Assembly (NCBI GenBank): GCA_049320885.1 | Contig: JBMORA010000013.1 | Location: 32,001 to 96,000 of the forward strand | Reading direction: 5' to 3' | Source of the DNA: Thermodesulfobacteriota bacterium | Lineage (GTDB): Bacteria; Desulfobacterota; Desulfobacteria; Desulfobacterales; SURF-7 | Length of the DNA: 64,000 nt | Part shown: positions 39,302 through 48,342 of the stretch, piece by piece | Position numbering within the stretch: the first letter of the stretch is position 1 | Layout of the letters: each line of letters begins with the position of its first letter | The notes under the pieces: generated by a model | What the model was told of the DNA's origin: nothing | Database searches by the model: none | The model's input: the letters and a program-made list of their open reading frames with translations, nothing else | Translations under genes and position numbers: made by a program

Positions 39302-41902
39302 TTACGGTTGTTCCACTGGTTCCGTCCGGCAGGGTTGATACCGAACCGTTGCCAGGGACGGGTCGTCCACTCCGTCAAAAATCAGTTCCTCGATATCCAC
39401 GCCGCCGGGGCCGCCCCAAAAGCATTGCAGGGCCTCGAAGGCCGGCTGTCCAGCCGGATTGGCGTTAAACAGCTGAAAGCCACTGTTGCCGTAGATATCA
39501 TTATATTCGAACACCATGGCGCCGTTCAAATAAATTCCGCCCACGCCATCATGGATCGCGGATTGATTGGCCACGACCCGGTTTCGGGTGAAGTTTTCAT
39601 TTTTAATACTGACTCCCCAAAAATTCAAGTAAGCGGCGCCACCATGTTTCCCGGATATCCGGTTGTCGCTGATCCGGTTGCGGTTCAGGGAGCTGTTGGC
39701 CTCGGCGAACACCCCGCCCCCCTGCTCCGCCCGGTTGGAAAAGATATCATTGTTTTCCACCAGTGCAAAGGTGGAAAATATGCCGCCGCCGTTTCCCCGG
39801 CACTGGTTGTTCTCAATCCGATTTTCCATCACGCCGGCCCTTGAGGCCCAGACGCCCCCGCCGTCGCCGCCGCCGCGGTTGTTTTCGATCCGGTTGTTCA
39901 GGATGTTGACGGCCGTATTGGAATGGTACCCATAGGCAAAAATGCCGGCGCCGTCCTCTTCGGCCTGGTTGTCCTCAATTGCATTTTCCTGGATTCGGAT
40001 CGGTCTGCTGCCATAGGCGTAAATCCCGCCGCCGTTGCTGGGACTCCGGTTCCGCATGATCCGGTTCTGGTGGATGGTGACGGCCGCGTTACGGATGGTG
40101 ATGCCGCTGCCAAGATTGTCGCGGATGAGGCACTGTTGAATCCGCGGCCCGGTTTCCTCCATGACGATTCCTCTGCCGTGTTCGATGATGCAATGCCGCA
40201 GAATTCCGCTTTGGTCGGCCGGCCGGTTTTCGCCGGCCGGATCGGAGGACGCCGCATCGGCGAGACTTTTCCGCTCGAAGAGCAGATGCCCCCAGGGCTG
40301 TTCGGACGAACCGGTAAAAAGGATCGGGCGTGACGCTTCTCCCTCGGCCTGCAGGACTCCTCGGGTTCGAATGATACTGCCCGGTGCAAGATGCAGAACG
40401 GCGCCGGGCAGAATTCTGACGGTTGCGTTTTCGGCGATGAACAGGTTGCCGGAAACGGTCAGCGGCCTTCCCGGGACCGACCCGATCACCTGGTCGGCGA
40501 CAATGGCGCCGGATAAAACCTCCGGTGATGGCGGCGGCAGCACTCGGTCGACCTGGGCCCCCCCGCCCGGGAGCGCCGGAGGCGCTTCGGTAATCCAGGC
40601 CATGGCCGGTGCCCGGCGATCCACCAGCCCGACGTTCGAATCCTTCAGCCAGTCGAAGATGAGGGCATCGATGATGGCCGGATCGGCGGTTCCCCAATAA
40701 TTTCCCATTGCGTTCAGATCCGTCGCCAGGCTATGCGTCTGGACCCTGACGGCATAACCGCCTGGAGCGATGATGTTGTTGCGCGTCAGCAGGGGATTGC
40801 CGGACACCGCTATGGTTTCTCCGGTTTGGGAATGGGGCGGGGTGTTACCCAGGAAGGTGTTGTTTTCAATGCAGCCTTCACCGAAATAAAACAGGCCGCT
40901 GCCTTTTCCCGGCGCCGCCTGATTGTCCGCTACGGTGTTGCCCTGGAGAATTCCTTTCTCCGCATACACCCCCCCGCCGCAATCCGCCCGGTTTTTTTGA
41001 ACCTGGTTGTTTTTCAAGGTGGAGCGCACGGCGTAAATCCCGCCCCCGCTATGATCGGCCTGGTTGTCGAACACCCGGTTGTCTTCAACCCGGCACGCAT
41101 AGGCTACCAAACCACCGCCGTAACGGTCGCTGCGGTTTTTTTCAATGAGATTGCGCCGGACGGCAACCGTGCCGGTATCATAGGCGAAGGCGAAAATGCC
41201 GCCGCCGCCGTCGCGCCCGCCGCTGGACTGATTGCCATACACGTGATTATCGGCGATCAGGAAGGACTTGTCGGTATAAACCATAATACCGGCTCCGTTG
41301 CCGGCGGCGGTATCCTGAACCGTGCTGTTGTCGCTGATCCGGTTCGCAATGATTTTTCCCGTACCGTATTCAATACGCACCGCCGAGGACACATGGTTGC
41401 GCAGGATGCAGTCCTCGATATGGACGGCGGCAGCCCGGATGGTGATTCCCCGGCCCCCTTCGATAATGCAATGCCGGAACAGATTGACGGGCAGGCTCCC
41501 GTCTTCCAGAAGCCAGCCGCCGAAGCAATCGAAATGATCCCAGGGTTCCCGGCCCAGCGGGCCGATACGAATCGGCTCCGCTGCCGTGCCTTCGGCGATG
41601 ATGCGCCCCTGGCTTCTGATCTGGACCCCGGGTGCCAGCAGCACCTGAACGCCGGGTTCGATGGTCAGGGTCACTTCCGGCAGGATGAAGATGTTCTCCA
41701 TGATCCGGCAGGGGCTGTTTCCCTTTTTCCAGACCGTATCGGAAACCAAAATGGTATTGAAACCGGGAATTTCGAGTGGCTGGACATGCTGCAATATCAA
41801 ACCGCGGCAGGCGGCGACCCCCAGAAGCAACAGGACGACGGGGATCACCCGGACCGCGGTCCGGCAAGGATTCCTGGTTGCATAGCGTCCGTATGACCGC
41901 AT
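39302..41902 (-). CDS. Lipoprotein with two tandem right-handed beta-helix modules
   Basis: GAGGTG RBS before MRSYGR; lipobox LLGVAAC; many N-x(3-5)-GGG-x-Y/F repeats; both halves end in (N/C)(Y/F)WG...IFD. Confidence 0.8.
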   Translation of the reverse strand: MRSYGRYATRNPCRTAVRVIPVVLLLLGVAACRGLILQHVQPLEIPGFNTILVSDTVWKKGNSPCRIMENIFILPEVTLTIEPGVQVLLAPGVQIRSQGRIIAEGTAAEPIRIGPLGREPWDHFDCFGGWLLEDGSLPVNLFRHCIIEGGRGITIRAAAVHIEDCILRNHVSSAVRIEYGTGKIIANRISDNSTVQDTAAGNGAGIMVYTDKSFLIADNHVYGNQSSGGRDGGGGIFAFAYDTGTVAVRRNLIEKNRSDRYGGGLVAYACRVEDNRVFDNQADHSGGGIYAVRSTLKNNQVQKNRADCGGGVYAEKGILQGNTVADNQAAPGKGSGLFYFGEGCIENNTFLGNTPPHSQTGETIAVSGNPLLTRNNIIAPGGYAVRVQTHSLATDLNAMGNYWGTADPAIIDALIFDWLKDSNVGLVDRRAPAMAWITEAPPALPGGGAQVDRVLPPPSPEVLSGAIVADQVIGSVPGRPLTVSGNLFIAENATVRILPGAVLHLAPGSIIRTRGVLQAEGEASRPILFTGSSEQPWGHLLFERKSLADAASSDPAGENRPADQSGILRHCIIEHGRGIVMEETGPRIQQCLIRDNLGSGITIRNAAVTIHQNRIMRNRSPSNGGGIYAYGSRPIRIQENAIEDNQAEEDGAGIFAYGYHSNTAVNILNNRIENNRGGGDGGGVWASRAGVMENRIENNQCRGNGGGIFSTFALVENNDIFSNRAEQGGGVFAEANSSLNRNRISDNRISGKHGGAAYLNFWGVSIKNENFTRNRVVANQSAIHDGVGGIYLNGAMVFEYNDIYGNSGFQLFNANPAGQPAFEALQCFWGGPGGVDIEELIFDGVDDPSLATVRYQPCRTEPVEQP

Positions 41903-41934
41903 GGCGGCACCTCGTTTGAAATGGGTTGACTGGT

Positions 41935-44184
41935 TTAATAACTGGTCCAATCCACATCGCTTCCGGGACGGACCGCTTCCATCTGTTGGTCTTCCTGGAT
42001 TTCGGGAACTTTGTCCATGAACATCAGGAAGCGGGCCGTGTACTCGATCCACATTTCCGGGTCCGGAATCCGCGGCACCTTGTCCGGGGTATAATACACA
42101 TACGGCATTTTGGTACCCCGGCCCGCATAGACATCCGGATCACGCAAAAAATTCTTGATCCAATCGAACCGCAGCCGAGACTTGGAGAGCATCAGGTTGA
42201 TGGACAGATCCTCGACCTTGACATCCGGGGGCAGCGTGCCGTCGAGGGCTACCGGATGGCATTGCATGCATTTGTCACTGAGCACGCGGTATTCCCCCAT
42301 CTGTATGGTTTCCGCCTCATAATCGGTTCTTACCGGGAGCAGCACGTAAGGGGCGCGGGGTTGAATCGATTCGGACGGCGGCGCCTGCAATACGAAATGC
42401 TCGATCAGTTCCGTTTTGTCCGCATAGCGGAAGGCAAACTCCGGCATGCGCATTTTCAGCCAGGGCCGCATCTCGGTGGGCCGGCTGAGAAACTGAAAAA
42501 GCCATTGGGGCTGGACCCGTTCGCCTTCGCCCAGCAGGCGGGGCGGAATCATGGATTTCAACGCCAGATGTTCGCTGATGCGCGGAGCCTGGTCTTCGGC
42601 CAGCTGATGACATCCCGCGCAGTTGTAATGGCCCAGGAGCCATGTGCCTTGCCGGCGGATGCGCATCTCGGGACGGGTGGCGGACAGGTAGCCGGCCGGC
42701 AGATCATAGGCGTCCTGGTGCAGGTAAAAAATACCAAGGGCCTCGATTTCGGCATCCCCAAAAACGGACTTGCGCACATAATCGGGCATTTTCAGGGGCA
42801 TGTCCTCGGTGGCAAACAGATCGGGCTGCCGGATCTTGGACAAGAGCCAATCCCATTTGGTGCGCGGCACGGTGGTGTCGTTGCCGAAGGGCAATTCTTC
42901 GAGACGCTTGTGGGCGACTTCCGCCACGTCAAGGCCGGCCTTGGGCAATTTGCTCAGGGATTCGATGGGGTGGCAGCCATAACAGCCGTAGGTCTGCACC
43001 GCCGACCGGCCTTCGGCCGCATCGCCTCCGGATAGCTGTTCCGGTAAAACCCCGCCGAGCCGTTGAGCGACCTGTTGCTCCCGCAAACCGTCGAGATAGA
43101 GGCACAAATGACCGATGTCTGCCTCCGTCAGCATCATTTTCGGCATGGCGGTCCGGGAAATGAGTGCGCCAGGATTGCGCAGCCAGGCGGCCGTCCAGCC
43201 GGAATCCAGCTTCAAACCGGCATCCGCCAGGTTGGGCACCCGGTCCGCCAGTGACCCCTGATCCGGCAGCACGCTGTGGCAGGCGATACATCCTTTGTCC
43301 GTAAACAGCGTTCGTCCCAGGTCCCTGTTTCCCGCTGGTTTTCCGCCGGTGTTTACCGCCGGATCGATGGTACGCAGGGTGGTCAGATAGGCGACGATAT
43401 GGCGCACGGTGTCTTCGGTCAGCCGAAAACCCGGCATAAGCGTCCGCCGGCGGATGGCCGAAGGTTCCGTTATCCAACTGAACAACCAGGCCGGAGTCCG
43501 GATCTTGAGGCCAATGCCGTCAAGGGCGGTGGACATGGGCGGCAGGTTTTCGGCCGCGGGAGTTGCGTGGCAGCCGTAACAGCCATGTTCGACAAAAAGG
43601 GTCTCGCCATAGGCAGCTTTTTCAGCCCCCGCAAGGCCGAAGGCGCTGTCATGGCATCCATAGCAAAGACCCTGGATAAGGTTCAAGGGCACGCGCGGCC
43701 TGGGCCAGTTGGCCTCATGGCCATGGGCTTTCGCACTGGTGAGCGCAGTTCCCTGGCCATGATGGCAGAGGGTGCATCCGAAGCGGTTGGGCGGGTGATG
43801 GTGGAGCATCTCGGCCGGATGGGAGCGCAGGGGAAGCTCCGCGTCTCGGAAAAGGGAATTCTCCATTCCCAGATGGCAGGTTCCGCACAGATCCCGGACA
43901 CCGGCGTCCGGCAGAAAAATCTGCCGGATGGTGACCTCCTCATCGGACCGGACCTCCTGATACAGCTTCCGCCATTTCATCAGGTCTCCCTCGTTTCCGG
44001 ACGCTTCGGCGGTTTCCACCTTTTCCCTCAGCCTCTGGGAATACGCTTTCCGGTAGTCCCGCTGAATGGCTTTCCACTCCTGCCGTTCGTCGGTCTTAAT
44101 GGTCGCCAGCACCAGGAGCAGCAAGCCGCTCGACAGGATCAGAAACAGAATGCGATGGGATGGTTTTGATCGAATGGGAGCCAT
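41935..44184 (-). CDS. Membrane-anchored octaheme cytochrome c
   Basis: N-terminal TM; CGTCH, CTLCH, CYGCH, CYGCH, CIACH, CYGCH, CAGCH, CMQCH. Confidence 0.92.
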   Translation of the reverse strand: MAPIRSKPSHRILFLILSSGLLLLVLATIKTDERQEWKAIQRDYRKAYSQRLREKVETAEASGNEGDLMKWRKLYQEVRSDEEVTIRQIFLPDAGVRDLCGTCHLGMENSLFRDAELPLRSHPAEMLHHHPPNRFGCTLCHHGQGTALTSAKAHGHEANWPRPRVPLNLIQGLCYGCHDSAFGLAGAEKAAYGETLFVEHGCYGCHATPAAENLPPMSTALDGIGLKIRTPAWLFSWITEPSAIRRRTLMPGFRLTEDTVRHIVAYLTTLRTIDPAVNTGGKPAGNRDLGRTLFTDKGCIACHSVLPDQGSLADRVPNLADAGLKLDSGWTAAWLRNPGALISRTAMPKMMLTEADIGHLCLYLDGLREQQVAQRLGGVLPEQLSGGDAAEGRSAVQTYGCYGCHPIESLSKLPKAGLDVAEVAHKRLEELPFGNDTTVPRTKWDWLLSKIRQPDLFATEDMPLKMPDYVRKSVFGDAEIEALGIFYLHQDAYDLPAGYLSATRPEMRIRRQGTWLLGHYNCAGCHQLAEDQAPRISEHLALKSMIPPRLLGEGERVQPQWLFQFLSRPTEMRPWLKMRMPEFAFRYADKTELIEHFVLQAPPSESIQPRAPYVLLPVRTDYEAETIQMGEYRVLSDKCMQCHPVALDGTLPPDVKVEDLSINLMLSKSRLRFDWIKNFLRDPDVYAGRGTKMPYVYYTPDKVPRIPDPEMWIEYTARFLMFMDKVPEIQEDQQMEAVRPGSDVDWTSY

Positions 44185-44190
44185 AACGCA

Positions 44191-44919
44191 CTAAACTGAA
44201 AAATGAGTGGTTGTAATAATGTATTTCAGGTGAAAAAAAATCCGCAGCAGCATTTTACCGGGAATGCTGAACATCAGAAGAATCAACACCCAGGCGAACA
44301 GGAATTTGAGGCGATCCGCCTGTTGGAACCGCTTCCTGGCATATAAAGCCGAAAGCAGCAGTCCCGCTCCGAAGTAAGCCGCTATCAGCGACAAACCGGT
44401 ACTGTTGGGCAGGCTGGACAGCGGCGGTTCAGGAGGCTTGACGATGCTCCAGTCCTCCCACGGCCAATAGAAATGCCAGCTGGGTCCGCGTAAAAACTGC
44501 CCGATGAGGATCAGGCCGAACCAGAGGGCATATCCGCAGAGGAAAATGGATATGGCCAGGCGCCGCCCTCGGAAACCATAACTGCCGACCCCTTTTGGAT
44601 TGGGGTCGATGTAAGGGAGACACATCAGTCCGAAAATGATGAAAAAGGGAAGGCACACGCCGGCGATCCACGGGTCGAAATACACCAGAACCTCCTGAAG
44701 ACCGACAAAATACCAGGGGGCTTTGGCCGGATTTTCCGTCCAATTGGGGTCGGCGATTTCCTTCAGCGGTGCGTCCACAAACAGGGACCAGACGCACAAA
44801 ACGATCATGGCGGCAAGAATCGCCAGCAACTCCTTATATACCAAATCCGGAAAGGTGAAGATTTCGTTTTCTTTTTCCGCTTCGTTCCGGATTTCAGAAC
44901 CCGTTATCAGTGTCTTCAC
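44191..44919 (-). CDS. Cytochrome b6-type complex subunit IV (PetD-like, extended)
   Basis: FTFPDLVYKE, APLKEIADP, ENPAKAPWYF (PEWY-equivalent), LPYIDPNP. Confidence 0.85.
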   Translation of the reverse strand: MKTLITGSEIRNEAEKENEIFTFPDLVYKELLAILAAMIVLCVWSLFVDAPLKEIADPNWTENPAKAPWYFVGLQEVLVYFDPWIAGVCLPFFIIFGLMCLPYIDPNPKGVGSYGFRGRRLAISIFLCGYALWFGLILIGQFLRGPSWHFYWPWEDWSIVKPPEPPLSSLPNSTGLSLIAAYFGAGLLLSALYARKRFQQADRLKFLFAWVLILLMFSIPGKMLLRIFFHLKYIITTTHFSV

Positions 44920-44984
44920 GAGCGCCTTCCTTGTTTCCTGTCATCAATTGCCGGATACCATATGCATCCAACCATCGGCCTCCG

Positions 44985-45734
44985 TTACAGTGGCCGCGAA
45001 ATGCCGCCGTCCTTGCGCACCCGCCAGAAATGAACCAGCATCAGGAGGGCGCACAAAAGCGGTAGAAGAACACAATGCAGCACATAAAAGCGCAACAAGG
45101 CATTCCCCCCCACTTCCGAATCCCCCAGCAGCAGATATTTCATGTCGTTGGCCCCATGAATCCCCAACAGTTCGTGAAACGGTCCCTCCACGCCCAAAAA
45201 CGGCGTGGCCGCCGCCATTTTCGAACCCACGGTGATGGCCCAGAAGGCGATCTGGTCCCAGGGGAGCAGATAACCGGTGAAACTGAGCAGCAGCGTCGTC
45301 ACCAGCAGGAGAACTCCCACCACCCAGTTGAATTCCCTCGGGGGTTTGTAGGAACCGGTCAAAAAAACCCGCAGCATGTGCAGCATGACCAGCAACACCA
45401 TGGCATGGGCCGCCCAGCGGTGCATGTTGCGCAGGAACAGGCCGAAACGGACCGTGTGCTCCAGCAGTTTCATGTCGAGATAGGCATATTCCGGCAAGGG
45501 CCGGTAATAGAACATCAGGAGAATGCCCGTGACGGTTTCCACCAGAAACATAAAGAGCGTCAGTCCGCCCAGGCAGAAAGTGAAACGCACCCTCGCCGCC
45601 GTTCGCGGAATGGTCACCGGATGCAGGTGCAGAAAGACGTTTGCCGAAACCGCCAGAGAACGATTTCGGGGCGTGTCCTTGAATGGATGGCGGAACACCG
45701 AACGCCAGAGCCGTGTCGCGGTTATCTTCTCCAT
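44985..45734 (-). CDS. petB: Cytochrome b6 (N-terminal cytochrome b)
   Basis: [50 protein letters not shown]-x14-H. Confidence 0.9.
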   Translation of the reverse strand: MEKITATRLWRSVFRHPFKDTPRNRSLAVSANVFLHLHPVTIPRTAARVRFTFCLGGLTLFMFLVETVTGILLMFYYRPLPEYAYLDMKLLEHTVRFGLFLRNMHRWAAHAMVLLVMLHMLRVFLTGSYKPPREFNWVVGVLLLVTTLLLSFTGYLLPWDQIAFWAITVGSKMAAATPFLGVEGPFHELLGIHGANDMKYLLLGDSEVGGNALLRFYVLHCVLLPLLCALLMLVHFWRVRKDGGISRPL

Positions 45735-45746
45735 GGGCGCTTTCCG

Positions 45747-46478
45747 TTAGGGGGCCAGCAGGGTTTTCAGGTACCGGCAATCCGCTGCCAGAAACTCGTG
45801 GGTCAATTGAAAAAGCGCCTCGTAAAAGTGAAATACCTCCAGGCAGGCGTCCTCCGAGTCCGGCAGATTTTTCTCCAGCCGGCGGCAGCTTTCCAACAGT
45901 TGGCCGGTCCAAAGCAGGGGATGCCGTTCCAGAAAATCCTGCTCCGCCCTCATATAGGGAAACACATCCCGGTCGCTCTGCAGGGCCATTAATTCCTTGA
46001 AGGTCAAAAAATGCAGGAACTCCATTTGATAGCAGATATGATCCGGCCGGTCCTCCATGCTGCCTTCGCCGTAACTCAATCCGAAATGATTGTAAAACAG
46101 AATGAGCTCCCGGAAGATCGCCTGACGGTCTTCCCGGTAGAGCCCTTCCAACAGGGGTATCGGCGGACTGCCCGGTCCGGCTTCAAACAGCCGGATGAAT
46201 TCCACTTCGATGTTTTCATCGGAGACCGTTGCCAGTCCGCGGAGTCGGGCTTTTTCCTTTTCCCGCCACTCAAAAGGGTAGGGAAGATTTTCCGTCAGGC
46301 GACCCAGGGCCTGTTCCAGATCACCGTTTTGGGCCTGACGACGGAAGGGTTCGTCCGGATACCGGAATATTTCCGCGATGAGCGAGTACATGCGGCTGCG
46401 ATTGGCAGTGGTGATCTCCGCCTGGTTTTTCAGCTGGTCGGTAAAGAGAGCTTCCATGGAAATATCCTTTATGATCAT
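45747..46478 (-). CDS. TorD/DmsD-type molybdoenzyme chaperone (EbdD-like delta subunit)
   Basis: EVEFIRLFE, PLLEGLY, ILFYNHFGL, DRPDHICYQMEFLHFL, QDFLERH. Confidence 0.88.
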   Translation of the reverse strand: MIIKDISMEALFTDQLKNQAEITTANRSRMYSLIAEIFRYPDEPFRRQAQNGDLEQALGRLTENLPYPFEWREKEKARLRGLATVSDENIEVEFIRLFEAGPGSPPIPLLEGLYREDRQAIFRELILFYNHFGLSYGEGSMEDRPDHICYQMEFLHFLTFKELMALQSDRDVFPYMRAEQDFLERHPLLWTGQLLESCRRLEKNLPDSEDACLEVFHFYEALFQLTHEFLAADCRYLKTLLAP

Positions 46479-47608
46479 GTTTGTTTCGGTTTTCGCTGCA
46501 ACAGGGCCGGATCCTGTCCAAAAGGACCGAACATGGCCTTCCAGTCCTTGGCGATCAGAAGTTCCATCAGTTCGGATTTCCCGCCTTTTCGGACCTTTTC
46601 CATTTCCTGCTTCATGGTTGTGAGGGCCGTTTCGACCTCGGGGCCGAACAGGAACCGCAGATAGGCCATGGGAATGCGGTCCTTGGTGGGTTCGATGCGG
46701 CCCTGTTCATCAATGGCAGGCGGCGAAAGGGGCGGCACATAAAAAACATTGGGCTCCGTGCCGTATTCCGGATGAAGGGGCAGGGCCACCTTCCACACAT
46801 GGACGAGCTTGTGGATAATCCCCTGCTTGTCGTCCAGGAATCCCACGAAGCGCACCCGTCCGGTGCATTGACGCGCGCAGGCGTTGGCGACCTTTTCCTC
46901 CAGACGGGGATAGCAGAAGATGCACTTCATGCTCGTCTTGGTAAGGAAATTGAAGTAAATGACTTTATACGGGCAGGCCTCCAGGCAGAACCGGTACCCC
47001 TTGCAGCGTTCCTGGTCGATGACCACGGCACCGTCCGCTTCCCGTTTATAAATCGCATTCCGGGGACAGGCATCCACGCAAGCCGGATAGGCGCAGTGGT
47101 TGCAAATTCTCGGCAGGTAGAAATAAAAAGAGTTCGGATACTTCCCGCCGCCCTGATCTTCATCCCAATTCATACCCCAGTTGGGCGTGGAACCGTCCGG
47201 GTTGCGGGCCTCCAGATGTTTATCGCCGGCCTTGGAAGTAAACACTTCGTCGTAGTTGAACTGCCAATTGTCCCCGAAATCCGTGCGGGTGGGAAGCTGG
47301 CCTCTGACCGGATCCCGGACCTTGCCGCCGAAGAGCACCTTGTAGCCCCCGCCCATTCTTTCCCAGTCTTTGGGAGAGCCTTTCCCGGGTTGGGTGTTCA
47401 CCTTGTTCCACCACATATATTCGCGTCCCTCGATCTGGGTCCAGAGGGTTTTGCAGGCCATGGAGCATAGCTGGCAGCCGATGCATTTGTTTAGATCCAT
47501 CACCATGGCCACCTGTTTTTTGCATTCGCGCAATTTGTCCTTGGAGGCCTGAAATTCATTGGCCAATTCCTTCTCGCGATCCGATAGTTCTTTTTGATCA
47601 ACCGGCAT
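46475..47608 (-). CDS. EBDH/NarH-family iron-sulfur beta subunit
   Basis: CIGCQLCSMAC, CNHCAYPACVDAC, CKGYRFCLEAC (3Fe-4S type), CIFC...CARQC, NWDEDQG, LPLHPEYGTEPNVFYVPP; AGGAG RBS before MPVDQK. Confidence 0.93.
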   Translation of the reverse strand: MPVDQKELSDREKELANEFQASKDKLRECKKQVAMVMDLNKCIGCQLCSMACKTLWTQIEGREYMWWNKVNTQPGKGSPKDWERMGGGYKVLFGGKVRDPVRGQLPTRTDFGDNWQFNYDEVFTSKAGDKHLEARNPDGSTPNWGMNWDEDQGGGKYPNSFYFYLPRICNHCAYPACVDACPRNAIYKREADGAVVIDQERCKGYRFCLEACPYKVIYFNFLTKTSMKCIFCYPRLEEKVANACARQCTGRVRFVGFLDDKQGIIHKLVHVWKVALPLHPEYGTEPNVFYVPPLSPPAIDEQGRIEPTKDRIPMAYLRFLFGPEVETALTTMKQEMEKVRKGGKSELMELLIAKDWKAMFGPFGQDPALLQRKPKQT

Positions 47609-47619
47609 GTGAAGTCTCC

Positions 47620-48294
47620 TTATTCCAAAATTAGTTTCCGCCACTCCTTGCTGAAGGCCTTGACGCCGCCGCGTTCGCCGTTGCCCCCTTCCCATACCGC
47701 AAAGCCGATGACCGTTTCCGAACCCGGCGCAAGGTTCACCGCTTCCTCCTTGACGGAAAGCGGCCGGGCGATCACCACCCGCCAGGTCTTGCCCTCCCAT
47801 TTGGAGCCGGATACCAGGGACGATTCCTCGGTATACAGGGAGGTGGAAAGGCCGTGGGCGATCTGGTTTTTCGGCTTCTCCTCAAAATCCGGACGCCAGT
47901 ACCAGCTGTTGGTGGGAAAATCCTTGGAGCCCATTTCCTTGATTGGGGTTTGATCCGCCGATTTGAAGGGCAGCAGCAGGGAGACGCCGTCCGGGAAGGT
48001 GCCCACGTCACCGATGGTGTAATTGGGAGTTTCACTGCCCCACTCCAACCGGAAAAAAATATCCTGCCCGTTATGGGCCGCTTTGACCTGTAATTCCTTG
48101 ACGGCGCCGATGACCTTTTCATCGAAAGTCGCCTTTATATACGGTGACGGCTGGTTGGCCAGCGGAGTAGCCGCCGTTTCGACCAGCAGGCTGTTCAGCC
48201 GGCTCCATACGACCGCCCCGGGATCCAGCATTTCCTTGCGGGGGGCGGACAGTTTTTTGGCGATGATTTGCTGATTCTGGTTTTCATTGCTCAT
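47620..48294 (-). CDS. EBDH-family heme b gamma subunit
   Basis: VKAAHNGQDIFFRLEW, FPDG, EMGS (Met ligand), WYW, WRVVIARPL, FAVWEG.NGERGGVK (Lys ligand); no signal peptide. Confidence 0.9.
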   Translation of the reverse strand: MSNENQNQQIIAKKLSAPRKEMLDPGAVVWSRLNSLLVETAATPLANQPSPYIKATFDEKVIGAVKELQVKAAHNGQDIFFRLEWGSETPNYTIGDVGTFPDGVSLLLPFKSADQTPIKEMGSKDFPTNSWYWRPDFEEKPKNQIAHGLSTSLYTEESSLVSGSKWEGKTWRVVIARPLSVKEEAVNLAPGSETVIGFAVWEGGNGERGGVKAFSKEWRKLILE

Positions 48295-48342
48295 CTTTCG
48301 ATCTCCTTTTGAACCACCCTGTAAGTATTGGAAAGCGGCGCA

